Shown here piece after piece: positions 24,545 through 39,492 of a stretch of DNA of 57,546 nucleotides. The translations under genes were made by a program, and so were the position numbers. Location of the stretch: contig NC_068985.1 in the NCBI RefSeq assembly GCF_001194135.2, positions 50,876,961 to 50,934,506 of the forward strand, read 5' to 3'. This DNA is from Octopus bimaculoides. Lineage: Eukaryota. A model generated the notes under the pieces. It was given only the letters and a program-made list of their open reading frames with translations. It searched no databases and had not been told where the DNA came from. Within the stretch, counting starts at the first letter, position 1, and each line of letters begins with the position of its first letter.

Positions 24545-25640
24545 GAGAGCCATTCAAGCCAAGTACAAAGGCGCTGTCAGTAAGGTGAGAGTTAACAATG
24601 AATACAGCTACAACTTTAGTATGCAGGTAGGAGTTCAGCAGAGCTTGGTTTTCAGTTCACCTATTTATGATAGTCCTCCAAGTCATAACAGAAGAGTTTA
24701 AGTACAGTTGTATTTGGGAACTCATCAATGCTGATGATCTTGTTCGTATAGCTGAACCTGTAGCAGAATTACAACAGAAATTCCAGGTGTGAAAGGAAAA
24801 GACCTAAGATATTGTAAGCAAGAAAACACAGTACACTAATCCTTTCTGGAAACAGCATCATTTGACATGTAGAAAAGGTACAAGTAGAAATTCCATATGA
24901 TGTACTCAGTGCAAGCAATGGACACACAAAAGACACAGTGGATGTAATGGAATCACAGAAAAGATTAATGGTGAAAGTAAACTTCCTTTGTAGGAGATGC
25001 ACATGAGCAATGAACACGGAGGACACAAATGAAATAGATTTTCTCAAATGTCCAGAACTATCTTTAGAGATAGTAGATAGCTCCTTTTACCTAGGTGACT
25101 GAATTAGCAGTGAAGGTGGAGGTTCAGAAAGTGTAGCTTCTAGAAAATGAAGCAGCTGAACACAATTCAGAAAGCTATAATCTCTGTTGGTAACAACAGG
25201 CCTCTCTCTCAGACTGAAAGGCAGATAGTATGATGCTTATGAACAAACAATAATGCTACATTGTAGGGAAATATGGGTCGTGAATGCAGGGGATATGCCA
25301 AGATTAAAAACAATTGAAGCTAGCATGCTTTGCTGGATATGCAAAGCCAGTATGCATGTATTGCAAAATGAGAATGTAGTGAGAGAAAAATTGAGCACGA
25401 GAGGCATCAGATGTAATGCGCAAGAGAAAAGACTGCACTGGTATGGACATGTGATGCGCATGGATGAAAAAAGTTGCATAAAGAAGTATCAGTTGTTAAA
25501 TGTGGATAGAACTTGTAGAAAAGGGAGACCTAGAAAGACACAGGACACAGTAGTGAAGACAACCTCAGCTTATTGAGCTTCACATTAGGAATGTCAAAGG
25601 ACTAAGATTGATTGGTGATTCACTGTGTTTAAGAAGACAA
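24545..25640 (+). mobile_element. RTE LINE RT and C-terminal fragment (decayed)
   Basis: QVGVQQ..., INADDL (YADD equivalent), then RLHWYGHVMRMDE...GRPRKT in ORF 25253-25576. Confidence 0.85.
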
Positions 25641-26824
25641 ACCATCTCAGAAAAAAAAATGAGGTCCTAAAGCAAATCAATTATGAAAATACCTCAATGC
25701 CCAATCTGTACCTGTCAAGCCTTCCTTGTCATTCATCTTCATAACACCCACCTCTCCTTATCCTTCTAACTACAACACTATTTCTTTAGCTGTTGTAATC
25801 ATATGAGAGTAGAACAGCATATTTCCTCGCCACTCTTCTGCTACCAGTTATCTCCTTGGAACCACTTCCCTTGTCACCCATCCTGCATTCAACATTATCC
25901 CTTGCCCCTCTCCCCTGAACACCCTCTCACATCTGCCATTGATGTCCCTCCACCAGTCTTTTCATCACTTGCTACATCCATCTCTACATACCACTGACCT
26001 CCATCTCTGTTAACTGTACATCTTCACTTTCCCTTGCCATACTTCACATCATATTCCTATTTCCCATCCAGATAGTATATGACAGTATGAAGGAGAAATA
26101 CAATAGTAAGTGCACAAAGGTAGTGAAGGCATATATAACAAAGTAGTTAAGGGGATGTATATAGACACTGATATATANNNNNNNNNNNNNNNNNNNNNNN
26201 NNNNNNNNNNNNNNNNNNNNNNNNNNNNNNNNNNNNNNNNNNNNNNNNNNNNNNNNNNNNNNNNNNNNNNNNNNNNNNNNNNNNNNNNNNNNNNNNNNNN
26301 NNNNNNNNNNNNNNNNNNNNNNNNNNNNNNNNNNNNNNNNNNNNNNNNNNNNNNNNNNNNNNNNNNNNNNNNNNNNNNNNNNNNNNNNNNNNNNNNNNNN
26401 NNNNNNNNNNNNNNNNNNNNNNNNNNNNNNNNNNNNNNNNNNNNNNNNNNNNNNNNNNNNNNNNNNNNNNNNNNNNNNNNNNNNNNNNNNNNNNNNNNNN
26501 NNNNNTGGAGGTGATGTACAGGAATTATATTACAGAAAAAAATTAAGGTACTCAGAAATCTGGATGGTTGTACATTTACAGATTTTTATTAATATGTTAC
26601 ATGTTTTATAAATCGCTTTTCACCTAGTCTTGTAGGATTTTCAAACTTTTGATTTCACCTTGCGAATGCCGTCTCTTTATATAGTTTTATTGAGTGTGTA
26701 GGGGTGGAGAGAGAGATATATAGGATAGTAAGAGAGGGTGAGGAATGGAGGGAAAAGTGAGAGAGAGAGAGAGTGTGTGTTTTTGTGTTGGTGTGTTTGT
26801 CTGTGTGCGTGCATGTGTGTGTGC

Positions 26825-27110
26825 CTGTGTATCTGAAAGGAGTGTCAATGGGAAAGAGAAAAGAAGAAAATTGTGTTTATAGCTGGTCAGTTCTTTCATG
26901 ATAAGTTTATTCTTGGCCTTTTAAAGAAATGGCAAAACCAGGTGGCCTTGTTTTGAAGAAAATTGTTTTTCAAAAAGAATCTTTGGTGTCATTGTCCAGT
27001 AGGAGAGAGTGTGTGTGTGTGTCTTTGTGTGTTTGTGTGTGTGGGTGTGTTTGTGTGTGTCTGTGTATCTGAAAGGAGTGTCAATGGGAAAGAGAAAAGA
27101 AGAAAATTGT

Positions 27111-27116
<6 letters not shown>
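26825..27116 (+). repeat. Direct repeat of ~56 bp plus flanking GT-rich microsatellite (period about 236 bp)
   Basis: ctgtgtatctgaaaggagtgtcaatgggaaagagaaaagaagaaaattgtgtttata occurs at 26825 and 27061. Confidence 0.85.
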
Positions 27117-27154
<38 letters not shown>

Positions 27155-27175
27155 TCACATATATTCACAAACATA

Positions 27176-28722
27176 TACAGTGGTTAGTCATTTTTCCCTA
27201 TTCACAAAACAGTTATTGAAGGTGACTACACAAGAGGAAGTATATAATGTTGATGACACTGCACTTTTCTGGAAGCACATGCCTACTAGAACTTAAATTT
27301 CTTGAGAAGAAAAATCAGCACCAGGATTTAATGCTTCCAAAAATTGTCTGATGCTTCTTTTGAAGGAAATATCAGTGGTAATAAGAAATTCAAGCCCCTA
27401 CTCTTGTATCACTCCAAAAATCCAAGGGCTTTCAAAGGTTACACAAAGTTTAATCTGTCTCTGATTTGGCCTTCAAATAAGAAGGCATGGATGACTAAGA
27501 ACCTTTTCAAAGAGTGATTTACAAATGTTTTTTGTCCTACTGTAGTAAGATACAATGCCAGACAATATTTCCAGTAAAGCATTCCTTCTTATAGAGATGC
27601 ACTGAGCCACCCAGTGAACATAGATTACTTTTTCGATACTGTGAGAGTAGAATATATCTCTAAGAATATAACTTCTTTGCTCCAGTCAATGGATCAAGTT
27701 GAGATAGCTAACTTCAAAGACATATTGTTTGAGAAAACTTTCAAACAACTTATGAAAGCAATTGTTAGGAAGAATAAACCTACAGTAAAGATTTTTGGAA
27801 GAAATTCAACATAATAGTTGCTGTGGATAATATAGTTGAGTCATGGGATGAAGTGAAACTTTTAACAGTGTTTGGTAAAATATATGGCTAGACTGTATCT
27901 GTGATATTATAAGTCTTCCTCAAGCAAAAAATCTGCATCAAATTCAGAAAGATAATGCAACATTTGCAAAGGATGTAGGATTGAAGAAGTCATAGAGAAC
28001 GATGTGATTGCGTTTCTGGTATCCCAGCGAGAAAGTTTATCTAACAAGGAGCTGATGCTGTTAGAAAAAGAACAAACTGAGAATACAGATGAGACAACAG
28101 AAGTTCCACCTACACCACTTAAATTGATTACAAAAATTATTGCTAAACAGCTGGCATTCATAGAGAAGCGTCTGCAGATTTTGATGATAATGATCCTAAT
28201 CGTGAACGTAACACAAAAATTACAAGAGGAGTTTACAATGAACTCAGTTCCTACACTGAGCTGTACAAAGAGATGATGCATCATATACAACAAACAACTT
28301 TGGATAGGTTTTTCAGCCTCTCAGACTGACGTTGGTGATAATTAATTGCAAATACCGTCCCTCATCATCTTAGTAACGCTCATTCTACCACCAATCTTCA
28401 CAAAGTAGTCAACATATTTTGTGGTAAGAACGTACTTTTATGATATTACGATTCTTATTTAATTCCCTAAATGTTATTGTTTTTGTGTATCTATATTATA
28501 CTCTGTGTGTTTAAAAATTGTTATTTTCATGTATAAAGGTGATCGTGTTTGCCTGTTCACTGTTGTTTACATGTGCTTTATTTTATTTCAAAAATGTCCG
28601 CAGGAACGCAATCTCACTTGATAACAAGAAAATCATTATGAAAATTAATTTCACATTCTGAGATTTCTCGTTACGGCCAGATTTTCTGGAACGCATTACT
28701 TCCGTAAAGCGAAGCATTCCTA
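27176..28722 (+). mobile_element. pogo/Tigger (CENP-B-like DDE) transposase fossil, 5'-truncated
   Basis: EVYNVDDTALFWKHMPTRT, SNKKAWMT and KNITSLLQSMDQ match pogo motifs FNxDETGLFWKxMP, AWMT and NTTSLIQPMDQ. TIR-like right end ...cgtaaagcgaagcattccTA. Confidence 0.8.
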
Positions 28723-29344
28723 TATTTCTACATGAATGTTCCTCAAAATATCTGCCTGCATCCCATCTTCACCGCACGAGAGATAAGGGAAGTAATTCTA
28801 GAGGTTTAAATCAATTACCTCCCCTCTGTAAACTTGCCCACTTGTATGTGTATTTACATAGACTGTTTCACTGCTCTTTGCTTGCAGTTTGCTTCGTTCA
28901 AAACATAAAAATGCGTTAGTTTGAAACAAATGGATATACATTTCATTTGCATCTTCTAAATAATACAGATTATTGCTCTAAAGAATGAGAAACTTGGAAG
29001 ACATGTAGAAGCATTCTTTTATTTGTTTCAGGCATTACACTGCACCCATACTGGTGCACCACCTTGATGATACCTGCAATTATTTTAAATCTAGTGATTA
29101 CTCAATTGGTCTCTTTTTGCTAACCGCTACATTATAAGGAACACAAACAAACCAACATCAATTGTCAAAGGGTAAGAGATACACACACACACACACATCC
29201 AGTTTCCATCTCTGAGTTCACTCATGGGCCATGATTGTAAAGCAAACATCTGAACCACAGCCGAGCCTACAGTAATAAATAAATTTGAAATGATTAAACT
29301 CTACTACATATACTGAGTATTTTCTTTTTTCATTTGCACATTAA

Positions 29345-29740
29345 AAAATCGTTGCCAGAGCAGCTGTCTGGCTCCCGTGCCAGTGGCACGTAAATAGCAC
29401 CATTTGAGCGTGATCGTTACCAACTTGTGCCGGTGGCACGTGTAAAGACATTCGTGTAAGGTTGTTGCCAGTGCCGCTGGACTGGCTCCTGTGCAGGTTA
29501 CACGTAAAAGACACCATTTCGAGCATGGCCATTGCCTGACTGGCCTTTGTGCCAGTGGCATGTAAAAGCACCCACTACACTCTCGGAGTAGTTGGCATTA
29601 GGAAGGGCATCCAGCTGTAGAAACTCTGCCAAATCAGATTGGAGTCTGGTGTAGCCACCTGGTTCACCAGTCCTCAGTCAAACCGTCCAACCCATGCTAG
29701 CATGAAAAGCGGATGTTAAACGATGATGATGATGATGATG
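29345..29740 (+). mobile_element. Young RTE 3' UTR copy with tandem gtggcacgtaaa units and (GAT)n tail
   Basis: CpG-rich, closely matches the copies at 30598-30788 and 42283-42470. Confidence 0.8.
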
Positions 29741-30179
29741 TACAGTTGACATATCTACAAATCCTTAGGTTCAGGTAATTGTTTATGTTACATATATATT
29801 TTTTCTTCGTATTTTATGATCATTCTGGAAATATATATTCTCTTAATATGTGACACATTTTCAACTTGCTCAATATCTTCATCAAAAATGCACACCAAAT
29901 TATATTTGTGTGTTCTCAATAAGCAGAATATTCTATTGTAAAACTGGTTAAATTCACCCAAAAGGCAACAGAAACTAAAACAATTCTATTAAAAAATAGT
30001 ACAAAATCATTGTTTGGCTGTTTTTTAATGGATAAAAGGCAGCATACATAGCCTTTTTTCAGGACTTCAGTGACTGGTGGGAGGAAGGCCACCGAACTAA
30101 GCCAAATGCCAGAAATGAAGTGGACTCTGTTGAAATCATCTGAATGCCCAGAGTTAGTACTAAACCAAGTAGCACATTA

Positions 30180-30461
<282 letters not shown>

Positions 30462-30597
30462 TTAAAAGAAATAACATGAAAAATGTTTCAGTTTCAAGTT
30501 ACAATTTAAAATGACTTTCTGATACATTTTTTTTTTTCATCCCGTTATCATAGTTTTGAAAACTGTGAAAGCACGAAAGTGAAATACTCACAGACTA

Positions 30598-30788
30598 ATC
30601 ATCATCATCATCATCATCATCATCGTTTAACGTCCGCTTTCCATGCTAGCATGGGTTGGACGATTTGACTGAGGACTGGTGAAACCAGATGGCTACACCA
30701 GGCTCCAATCTGATTTGGCAGAGTTTCTACAGCTGGATGCCCTTCCTAATGCCAACCACTCAGAGAGTGTAGTGGGTGCTTTTACGTG
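30598..30788 (-). mobile_element. Young RTE 3' UTR copy, inverted relative to 29561-29740
   Basis: (ATC)n followed by gtttaacgtccgctttccatgctagcatgggttggacg...gtagtgggtgcttttacgt. Confidence 0.85.
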
Positions 30789-30985
30789 TCATCCACACGA
30801 AGGCCAGTCAGGCGGTACTGACACAGTCAACAGAAACTATTCCATGACAATATGGAATAATTTCTATTGGGAATACTATGAGGATATGGAATAATTCTAT
30901 TAGGAATACATAAATTCATATACAAAATTACCAACAAACCATGGGACCAGAGTCACTGAGATTATTCTATTATTCATACTGATAT

Positions 30986-31546
30986 TTTGATAGATGGAAA
31001 TGTTGTTCAGGTACCTGTTGTGTACATGTGAGTATGCCTGTATGCTTATATCTTTTGCTAATGTATATTAAAGAAGGATGTGAACATGAGCAAATGAATG
31101 TATTTCACCAATGTTCCCTTATCACCCCTTGCTGTCAGAAATGTAATGAACCAGTGATTAGTTCATTGGAGACCTGTAACCAATCCCTTTGAGCCCTACA
31201 CTTACACAAGGTGTCTTTCTAGTAATTTCCACTTACTTTAACAATACATCAAGTTACAGCTCACAGTTGCACTGTTAGTATATCTGAAATATCATTACAC
31301 TTAATACATATTTAATTGTTTTATATTTGATATCACAATCTGTAAACAAAATGCATGATTGGTTACAGGTCTCCAATAAACTAATCACAATTTCATTACA
31401 TTTCTGACAGCAAGGGTGATAAGGGAACATTGGTGAAATTCATTCATTTGCTCATGTTCACATCCTTCCATTGGCAAAAGATATAAGCATATAGGCATAC
31501 TCACACGTACACAACAGGTACCTGAACATCATTTCCATCTATCAAA
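30986..31546. repeat. Long inverted repeat (arms ~200 and ~190 bp, spacer ~170 bp) in a NUDT21 intron
   Basis: 30986-31185 (tttgatagatggaaatg...ggagacctgtaaccaatc) is the reverse complement of 31357-31546 (gattggttacaggtctcc...catttccatctatcaaa), with a few mismatches and one ~10-bp indel. Confidence 0.9.
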
Positions 31547-32810
31547 GTCACTTTACAAAGTACTGGTCAACTTGAGACTATAGCGGAAGACACACAAGCA
31601 AAGTGGAGCACAGTGAAATTGAACCCAGAAACACATGGTTGCATGATGAAATTCTATATCACACAGCCATTCCTGCATCCATTTACCTGTTGATACATGA
31701 ACAGACTGCAAAGGTTTCAAAATTTAAGCACCAGAAAGATTTTTATTACATTCTTTACCAGTACAGTCCACCTACTTTTCTAAGCTTCAAACTTAAGCTG
31801 TTTCACTGAGCATGCTACATAGCTTTTACAGATAACTATGATTATAAACTCTAGTTAGATAAGATTATGATGAGCACATAACCAAACACCAAATTATTAT
31901 CAAAATATGATGTTAATCCTAAATACTTCTTTCACTTCTTCAGTAATATTTCATTTCATGAAGACCAAATTGTATCATACTGGTTTCTGTTAAACATTAA
32001 AGGCTATTAGGCTGTTTTTATCAAATGTTTAGATGTGGGAATGATTGAGTGCTTGAGAATATGTTTTACAATTGGTTTCAATCCCACAATGCAACACTTC
32101 AGACAAGTGTCTCCTGCTACAGCCTTGAGATGACCAAAACCTTGTGAATAAAATTTGGTAGCTGGAAACAGTATGGAGGCCTATCAGGTGGACCATTCTT
32201 GCTCCAAGGTGACAGACAATTTCTCACCTGATTTCCTACTGCCACCAGGTTCTGACAGCACCTACTGTTGCAAGTATTTGGACCAGATCTCTAGTCTAAG
32301 GATAACTTTTACCCTTCCTCCCCACAGTCACAGCTGCCCTCAAAAGGGTCTTGGATATTGCCATTCTTCCTCTGACTATGCCATTAAAAAATATTACAGT
32401 TAACACATCCTTTTTGTGAAGTTGACAAGTGCCAGCTGCCATTGTGAAATCTAGATAAATCTTAACCATTTTACTGTGATAGCAGATATATCCATTCAAA
32501 ATTTCATTACTTTTAACTGTGGAAAGCAGTTTTATATATCAGTCTATCCTTTGTTACAGAATGTGATGTTTGAAACTATTTTCTGTTAAGGTATGTCAAA
32601 CTTGAGGAATATGACTTGCAGAAAAGACCAATTCTATTGTTTGTTAGATATTTAACATCATTACTGGAAATTCAAATGCCAGAGACCAAGCCATACTTTT
32701 CAAACATTAAAACTTACTTAACATCTTCAATATGTCATCCACATACAGTCTAATAATTATCTGAATACACTATAAAATGATAACAGAGTAGCAAGACCAA
32801 ATCTACTTAC

Positions 32811-32886
32811 CTTTTTCAGGAAGTTGAACTAAAAATAGTCTTTTGTGTTCTTTGGGTTTTGTTATGTGAGCTGGTACATAAGGATA
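32811..32886 (-). CDS. NUDT21: CFIm25 coding exon (76 nt)
   Basis: tttttag|TAT CCT TAT GTA...GAA AAA G|gtaagt encodes YPYVPAHITKPKEHKRLFLVQLPEK(A). Its phase matches the next exon. Confidence 0.97.
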
Positions 32887-33859
32887 CTAAAAACAGAAAA
32901 AAATTAAACAAAATGTATCCTTCATGGATATTTCACAAAATAAAGTTCAGGCTAACAATATTCTGTTTGTCAAAAACCTAAGATCTGAATTACAGCAATT
33001 AATTTCTTCTTACAGAGAAGTATTCTTTGGTTCTTTAAAATAGCTACTTGATGGCTGGTCTCTTTTTATCACTAATACAAACCACTACTAACAAGTTATT
33101 GTTTAGCCTCAAGTCAGGCCTGATTGTGCAAACTTTACAAAAAGCTTTCTGGCTGTAGCCATCCAATCTTTTTGTATATTTAAGACTATATTGTCCAATG
33201 ATAATAGGATATGATTTGAGGGGTATTTTGCTGGTGTTTCAAGTAGGTGAAGTAAACATGTTACACAGGCTAAATTGTTTTCAATGGCAATAACTAATCA
33301 GTTAGAACCATCAGTTTCTTACTGTATCTCTTTAATTAGTGCTTCTAGTCCCAATATCAGTACTACTGTAACTAATTTGAATACAAGTAATACAGAAAAC
33401 AAAAGCCTTAATATGCTTTGGGCACAGCCCTTGCTAACATTTGAAATGAACTGATGCTTGTTTGACTGCTATAGGATATAGTTTCTAAAAAGGAAAACAT
33501 TCAGTACTTTGCTTAAATATTGGTCTTTTTATAGTTGGACTCATAACTTCAGTAAACACCTACAGATGGGCAATCAAGAAGTACAAGCAACTGAATCAAC
33601 ACCAGGATATTACTGGTATTTAGTTTACCAACATAATGGGTATCACAAGAGAACTCAAATTATATATATCATCATATATATAAAAACATAATATGGTTTT
33701 ACTCAACCAAACTTGTTTTAGCATGTTCCTGAAACAATATCTTAATAGAAAATGAAAGAGTTGTTTTGTTCAACACCAAGAATAATAAAATAGTAAAAGC
33801 TGTAGAAATTGAATGAAACAGAATTAAATTAAAACATGTCTTCTCAATAATCATAATTA

Positions 33860-34024
<165 letters not shown>

Positions 34025-34727
34025 TCAGAAAAATATTTATTAAGAAGGCATAGCAAAAATAAAAAGACATTCAATATCAACATTACAGCAATATTTTACA
34101 TGAAATATATTTTCTTTTATAATTATTTCAGCAAAATTTGATTATAATCATTCGCAGTTTAGCTGGAATTCTGATAAATAAAAATTAAATAAAATATCAA
34201 ATGGTGGACTAGAATATTAAAAAATATTAAAACAGAGTGTTTTAACATTTTGTTCTATAGAATATCTTCATATTATATGCAAATAACATGTAATCACCAC
34301 TTGTTAAAAAAAAACTGTATAAACTATGGAAACATAAATAAAAGTAGATACAAAAATATAAAAATCAAAAGTATTCTGAGCTAAATACCACAACAAACCA
34401 AAATGATAAATGTAAATATATGAGTATTCTCATATGATTCATAAAGAATTTCCTTAAACTTCAAGAAAGCCTTGCTATTTAACACTTCCTTATTCAATGG
34501 CTGTGTGGTTAATAAGTTCACTTTGCAACAATGTGGTTGAACTACAAAACATGTTTAGGCAAGTGCCTCCAATCAATAGATTTGGTCTGAACAAAGTCTG
34601 ATTAGTGAAATTTGATAGATGGGAATTGTATGGAAGCCATTTGGAAGGATCATTCTCATTGTGAACGATAAGTTTAATCAGTTACCTTGTTTAACACTAT
34701 GACTACCTGACTTTTGAGTGCAATTAA

Positions 34728-34910
34728 CCTTTTCGGTACCAACCCGGCTGAAACCAGCTCTGGCTCTGTAGTACAAATGTCTTGTTTTCATAAGTTTTGA
34801 ATTAAAATCTTCCACCAAACCTAAGTCACAATTTATGTTTCTAACACTAGCTTTAAAAATTAATTGAAAGAAACACAGAGCATCTCAAAATAAATACGAT
34901 AACAAAAGGG
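34728..34910. mobile_element. piggyBac-like MITE with TTAA TSD
   Basis: TTAA|ccttttcggtacc ... gataacaaaaggg|TTAA (short imperfect TIRs). Confidence 0.7.
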
Positions 34911-35980
34911 TTAAGTGTTTACTCTGTAGCAAGCATTCAGGCTACATCTCTAGTTTGAGGATAACTTTATTTCCTCTTACAAGTCTCAGGTCATGTGTGT
35001 TGCCCTTCATATTCTGACTAAACCATTAAAAATTACAGAGAAAGACTAAAAAAAAGTTGGTTAAGGTTATGATAAGTATGATATTGTGTCCAAGTAACTC
35101 TTGACTATGAATATAGATCTGAAATACTTGTACAGGATTACCTTAATGTAACATAACAGATGTGCAGGGCTGACCTTTGAAAATAGCAGAGAATAAACTA
35201 AGAAAGCAACTAAGTTCTGAATGCATTGAGAGTTGTTTGCAAAGAGAGAGATGTACAAGTTTCGATATGTGGTGTGAATGGATGCAGCAAGTTAAATAAA
35301 AATGTGGGGTATGTTAGATATCATAGCAGAAGCAAACCAAAGGAGACACAGGGATGAGGAAGAAGTCAAGAGAGATCACCTCTAAAGTATTTTGCTTCAC
35401 AGAAGAAAGAAGCCAAGAAAAAAGATGCTGAATTAAAATCCCATCAAACCCACTCAGTATGGAAGACCAATGTTATGTATATGTGCATGTGCGTGTGTGT
35501 GTATGTGTGTGTACACACACAACAATCACCATCATCATTTTTTGACATCCATTTTCCAGGTTTGCATGGGTCAAACAAAATTTATGGAGGCAGATTTACT
35601 AGGACTGGATGTGCTTCCTACCACCAGCCCTAAACCTTCTTCTAAACAAGGTAACAATTGCCCTAATCCTTCAAACATGACCAGCTCAATAGATGGACAT
35701 GTTTCCACTATTTCTGTATGAAGCTGACTATTTACACTCAGTAAGCAAGTGTCAAGGTCAAGAAAAGGAGACACAACCACACACATACACACAACAGACT
35801 TCTTAAAGTTTCCATCTACCAAATCCACTCCCAATTCATTTGGTCAGCCCAGGACTACAGTAAAAGACACCCAAAGTACAATGCAATGGAATTGAACTCA
35901 AAACCATGCGGTTGTGAAGCAAACGTTTTAGCTGCACCTGCACAATCATGTTTGCACTTGTATGTATGTATGTGTGTGTG

Positions 35981-36022
<42 letters not shown>

Positions 36023-36044
36023 TATATATACACACATATATATA

Positions 36045-36269
36045 CAGTAATTCCTCAACTATCATGGGTGTTACATTCCAACCCCAACCCCCCCGCGATA
36101 GGTGAAAATCCGCAAAGTAGAAACAGTACTGTACTGTATATATTTTTTTATTATTTCTATTTGTACATATTTATTTTATTATAAATGCAAAACAACACCA
36201 TGGAGGAATTGACGTAAGCTTAAATAATAAACCGCGATAGGTGAACCACAATATGGCGAGGGATTACTG
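36045..36269. mobile_element. pogo/Tigger-like MITE with TA TSD
   Basis: TA|cagtaattcctc ... gagggattactg|TA; internal ccgcgataggtgaa is repeated twice. Confidence 0.8.
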
Positions 36270-36599
36270 TATGAGAGTGGGGCGTGAATATATGTTATAA
36301 CTTTGTCATTTGTATGTTCACTTTTAACACACTAGCATGGATTCAGAAATTAAATGAGAGACTTGTTGAGGCAGTTTCTATGACAGAATACCTTTCATGT
36401 CACCAACCCTTATTTGTTTTACAAGTAAGATATTATGTTCCTGTCTTTTGCACAACCAAGCATTGAAACCCCAAACATGATTTTATTGCAAGTTGCATTA
36501 GTGGTGACACATCACACTAAGAATGTAAACAATATATGATACAAATGAGAAAACACAAACACACATGGTGACTGCCACTTCTTTACAGAAGGCTACCTC

Positions 36600-36870
36600 T
36601 TCAATTAGTAAATGCCATCATGAGATCTCATATGAGTAGCAAGTCCAACTTTATGCAAACAGACCCTAGTATAGATGTTACAGACATTTTCAGGCAGGAA
36701 GGTGTCTGGGATTGAGTCCTGCTTACGAAACATTTGCTTCAAAGAGGAAGCATTCAATTCTTCAGATTTCAAATGCTTTACAACCATCATAGATCATTTC
36801 ATCATTTCTAAACCAATTGATTTTTCCGTCATCTGCTCTCAGTCTTTAACATCCACATTAAGAGCCAAAC
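36600..36870 (-). mobile_element. LINE (RTE/BovB-like) C-terminal remnant
   Basis: CNIYTRVCLHKVGLATHMRSH resembles the terminal CxxCxxxxxSxxGLxSHxRxH motif. Confidence 0.5.
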
Positions 36871-37043
36871 AAACATACAAATATAAATAACAGGCTTCTG
36901 CCTAATCTCTGCCTACCATTTTCAATTACAATGCATTGGTCAGCTTAAGACTACAAAAGATACTTGCACACAGTGCTATACACTGAGAATGATTCTGTAA
37001 TCACAAGGCTTTAAAATGGACTTCTTAACAAAATGATCATGAG

Positions 37044-37045
<2 letters not shown>

Positions 37046-37088
<43 letters not shown>

Positions 37089-37098
37089 NNNNNNNNNN

Positions 37099-37131
<33 letters not shown>
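37046..37131. repeat. (GT)n microsatellite spanning a 10-N gap
   Basis: Directly visible. Confidence 0.95.
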
Positions 37132-37140
<9 letters not shown>

Positions 37141-39128
37141 CGTGTGTGGTATACACCATCCAGCAAAACATGCTCTCTTCATTTCTTTCTAATCACCATT
37201 TCTTTTTAGTATCCGTCCAACCCATACCAGCATGGACAACAGACATTAAATAATGTTGATGATGATGTATATCAATGAGGAAGTACAAATAATCTAAGAG
37301 AAAAGCTGTGTATAAGTAGCAACAGATGCAGTATGCAAGAAAGAAAACTGCATTAATACAAACATGTGATCTATATAGAAGATAACAGCTGCATAAAAGG
37401 TGCTGAGCATTCAAAGTGGATGGTGCCTGTAGATGTAGACCGAGAAATACATAGGACAAAGTAGTGAAAACCAATCTCAAGATACTGAATAGCTCAAAAG
37501 AGTTGACAAAAGACTGTAACAACTGCCAGCAAGCAACTGGAGAAAATCTTCACTCTCATGTAAGTAGAGACAAAATGGTAAAATGTGTAGTTAAGGTAGC
37601 TGGAATTCTCTCACAGCATTCATTCTCTGCTCTTCCATCATCTCTATGATACTTTCCTGCCTAACTTTCACTACATTCATCTACTGCACACCTAGCCATA
37701 CTCCACTTCCTCTCAATAACCCAGACATACAGCATCTCTGCTGCCTCAACACCCTTTCATCGCCCTCTTTCTGCCTGCCTTCATCTTTAGCACCCTTCAG
37801 CTCACTGATCCTCTACCTACAGGTTCTCCAGCTTCTCACCACCCTCATCTGTATCCTTTTCATGCATCCCCCCATCCACTCCACCTGTCCATATTCTCCC
37901 TAATACCAAGGGATAGCACCGAACCCTGCTATTCAATCCACTCCCACTCACAACAATTATCATACTCTTTCAACTTCTTCCAACGTCTTTCCAGATGTCA
38001 TACTCCTTATTCTCCCTATCAGTTGTGGACCTCAGTAGTGTAAATGATGTATAACTCTGCGTGTGTGTTTGTATGAAAAGACTTGAGAATAGTTAAATTT
38101 TCAAGTATAATTCTTCTACAATAAATTAGTTATAATTATCAAAAGATGTAACTGCCATCAGATTACTAAAGACAAAATGACCATTAGCAAACATCAAGTA
38201 GCATGTTAATTTTAAAGAGCATCAAATAAGTGTCCACCATCAAAAACAACTAACAAGTAATAGCTGGTACCTGCTGTTGTGAGTATTGGCTTTGTAATTT
38301 ATTTATGCCTGATTTTACGATCCAAGGACTGTTTTCTGTCCAAAAACCAAGATTTCAGACAATACAACTCTGGTTACATAACTGCTACATGCTTCCCATT
38401 TTTAAGAATCATCATTTGGCATTACATGACAGTCACATGATATACAAAAGTTCTATGTAGAATAAAATGTCAATGAAATATTTTCTCAAGAGAACAAGTG
38501 ATTTCATATATGCATAAATCCTAATATTAGAAGAAAAAGCAAATGTATAATGAAAGAACTATCCATTTCCTGACCATATCATAAACCACTAAATCTTCAT
38601 GTTATACAAATGAAATATTACCAATTTCCTAAATTGCTATTCATTCTGAGTAAAGTATTTTGCAATAAAGCTGAAGATAAATTACTTTAGAGCTGTTCAT
38701 TAATATCAGGTTCAACAACATCAGTCACAAGAACTACCATGAAATTACACAGCAAAAGGTCAAGTTGTAATAGTTAAACTTTCTAACTCATATATAATTT
38801 TGAGTCTAGAAAAAGCCACAAAGTATAATTCTTTTTGAATTTTGAAAGACTTTTCATTCAAAAAGTGGAAATGTAACTAACCTATAAAATAAAGCAACTT
38901 GAAAAATTAGGTTTTATAAAGTATATATATATATATATATATATACATGTGTGTGGAATGTGTGCTATATGTATATAACTGTGTATATGTGTGTATATGC
39001 AGATATGTATGTATATACATATATGTATTTATAAACATATGTATCTATATACATACATATATATCATCATCATTAAAGCAGACTAAGTATCAATAGTGGT
39101 TTGGCCTTGATAACGAGGTTGTAGTCCT

Positions 39129-39167
<39 letters not shown>

Positions 39168-39432
39168 CTTTTCTCTGTAAACTGCTGAAAATGACATCAC
39201 TTTGAATATGCATTCTCACACTGAGTGAAATGACGAGAGGATCTAATGAAATATTTATTTAAACGATCACCTAAGGAGGCACATTTTATACCTTGGATGT
39301 ATGATAATTATAACACAGCATTTACAGGTGTAAAAATATGTCAAAACAATTGCAGTGATTTTAAATAAAGAATGCCGTTCATCCTATTTTCTGCCATTTA
39401 TCTATTTATATAACACACACACATAATTATAT

Positions 39433-39492
<60 letters not shown>

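Noticed and set aside
37500-38030. Pyrimidine-rich tract faintly resembling a Penelope endonuclease tail
   Set aside because: Too decayed to assign by eye.
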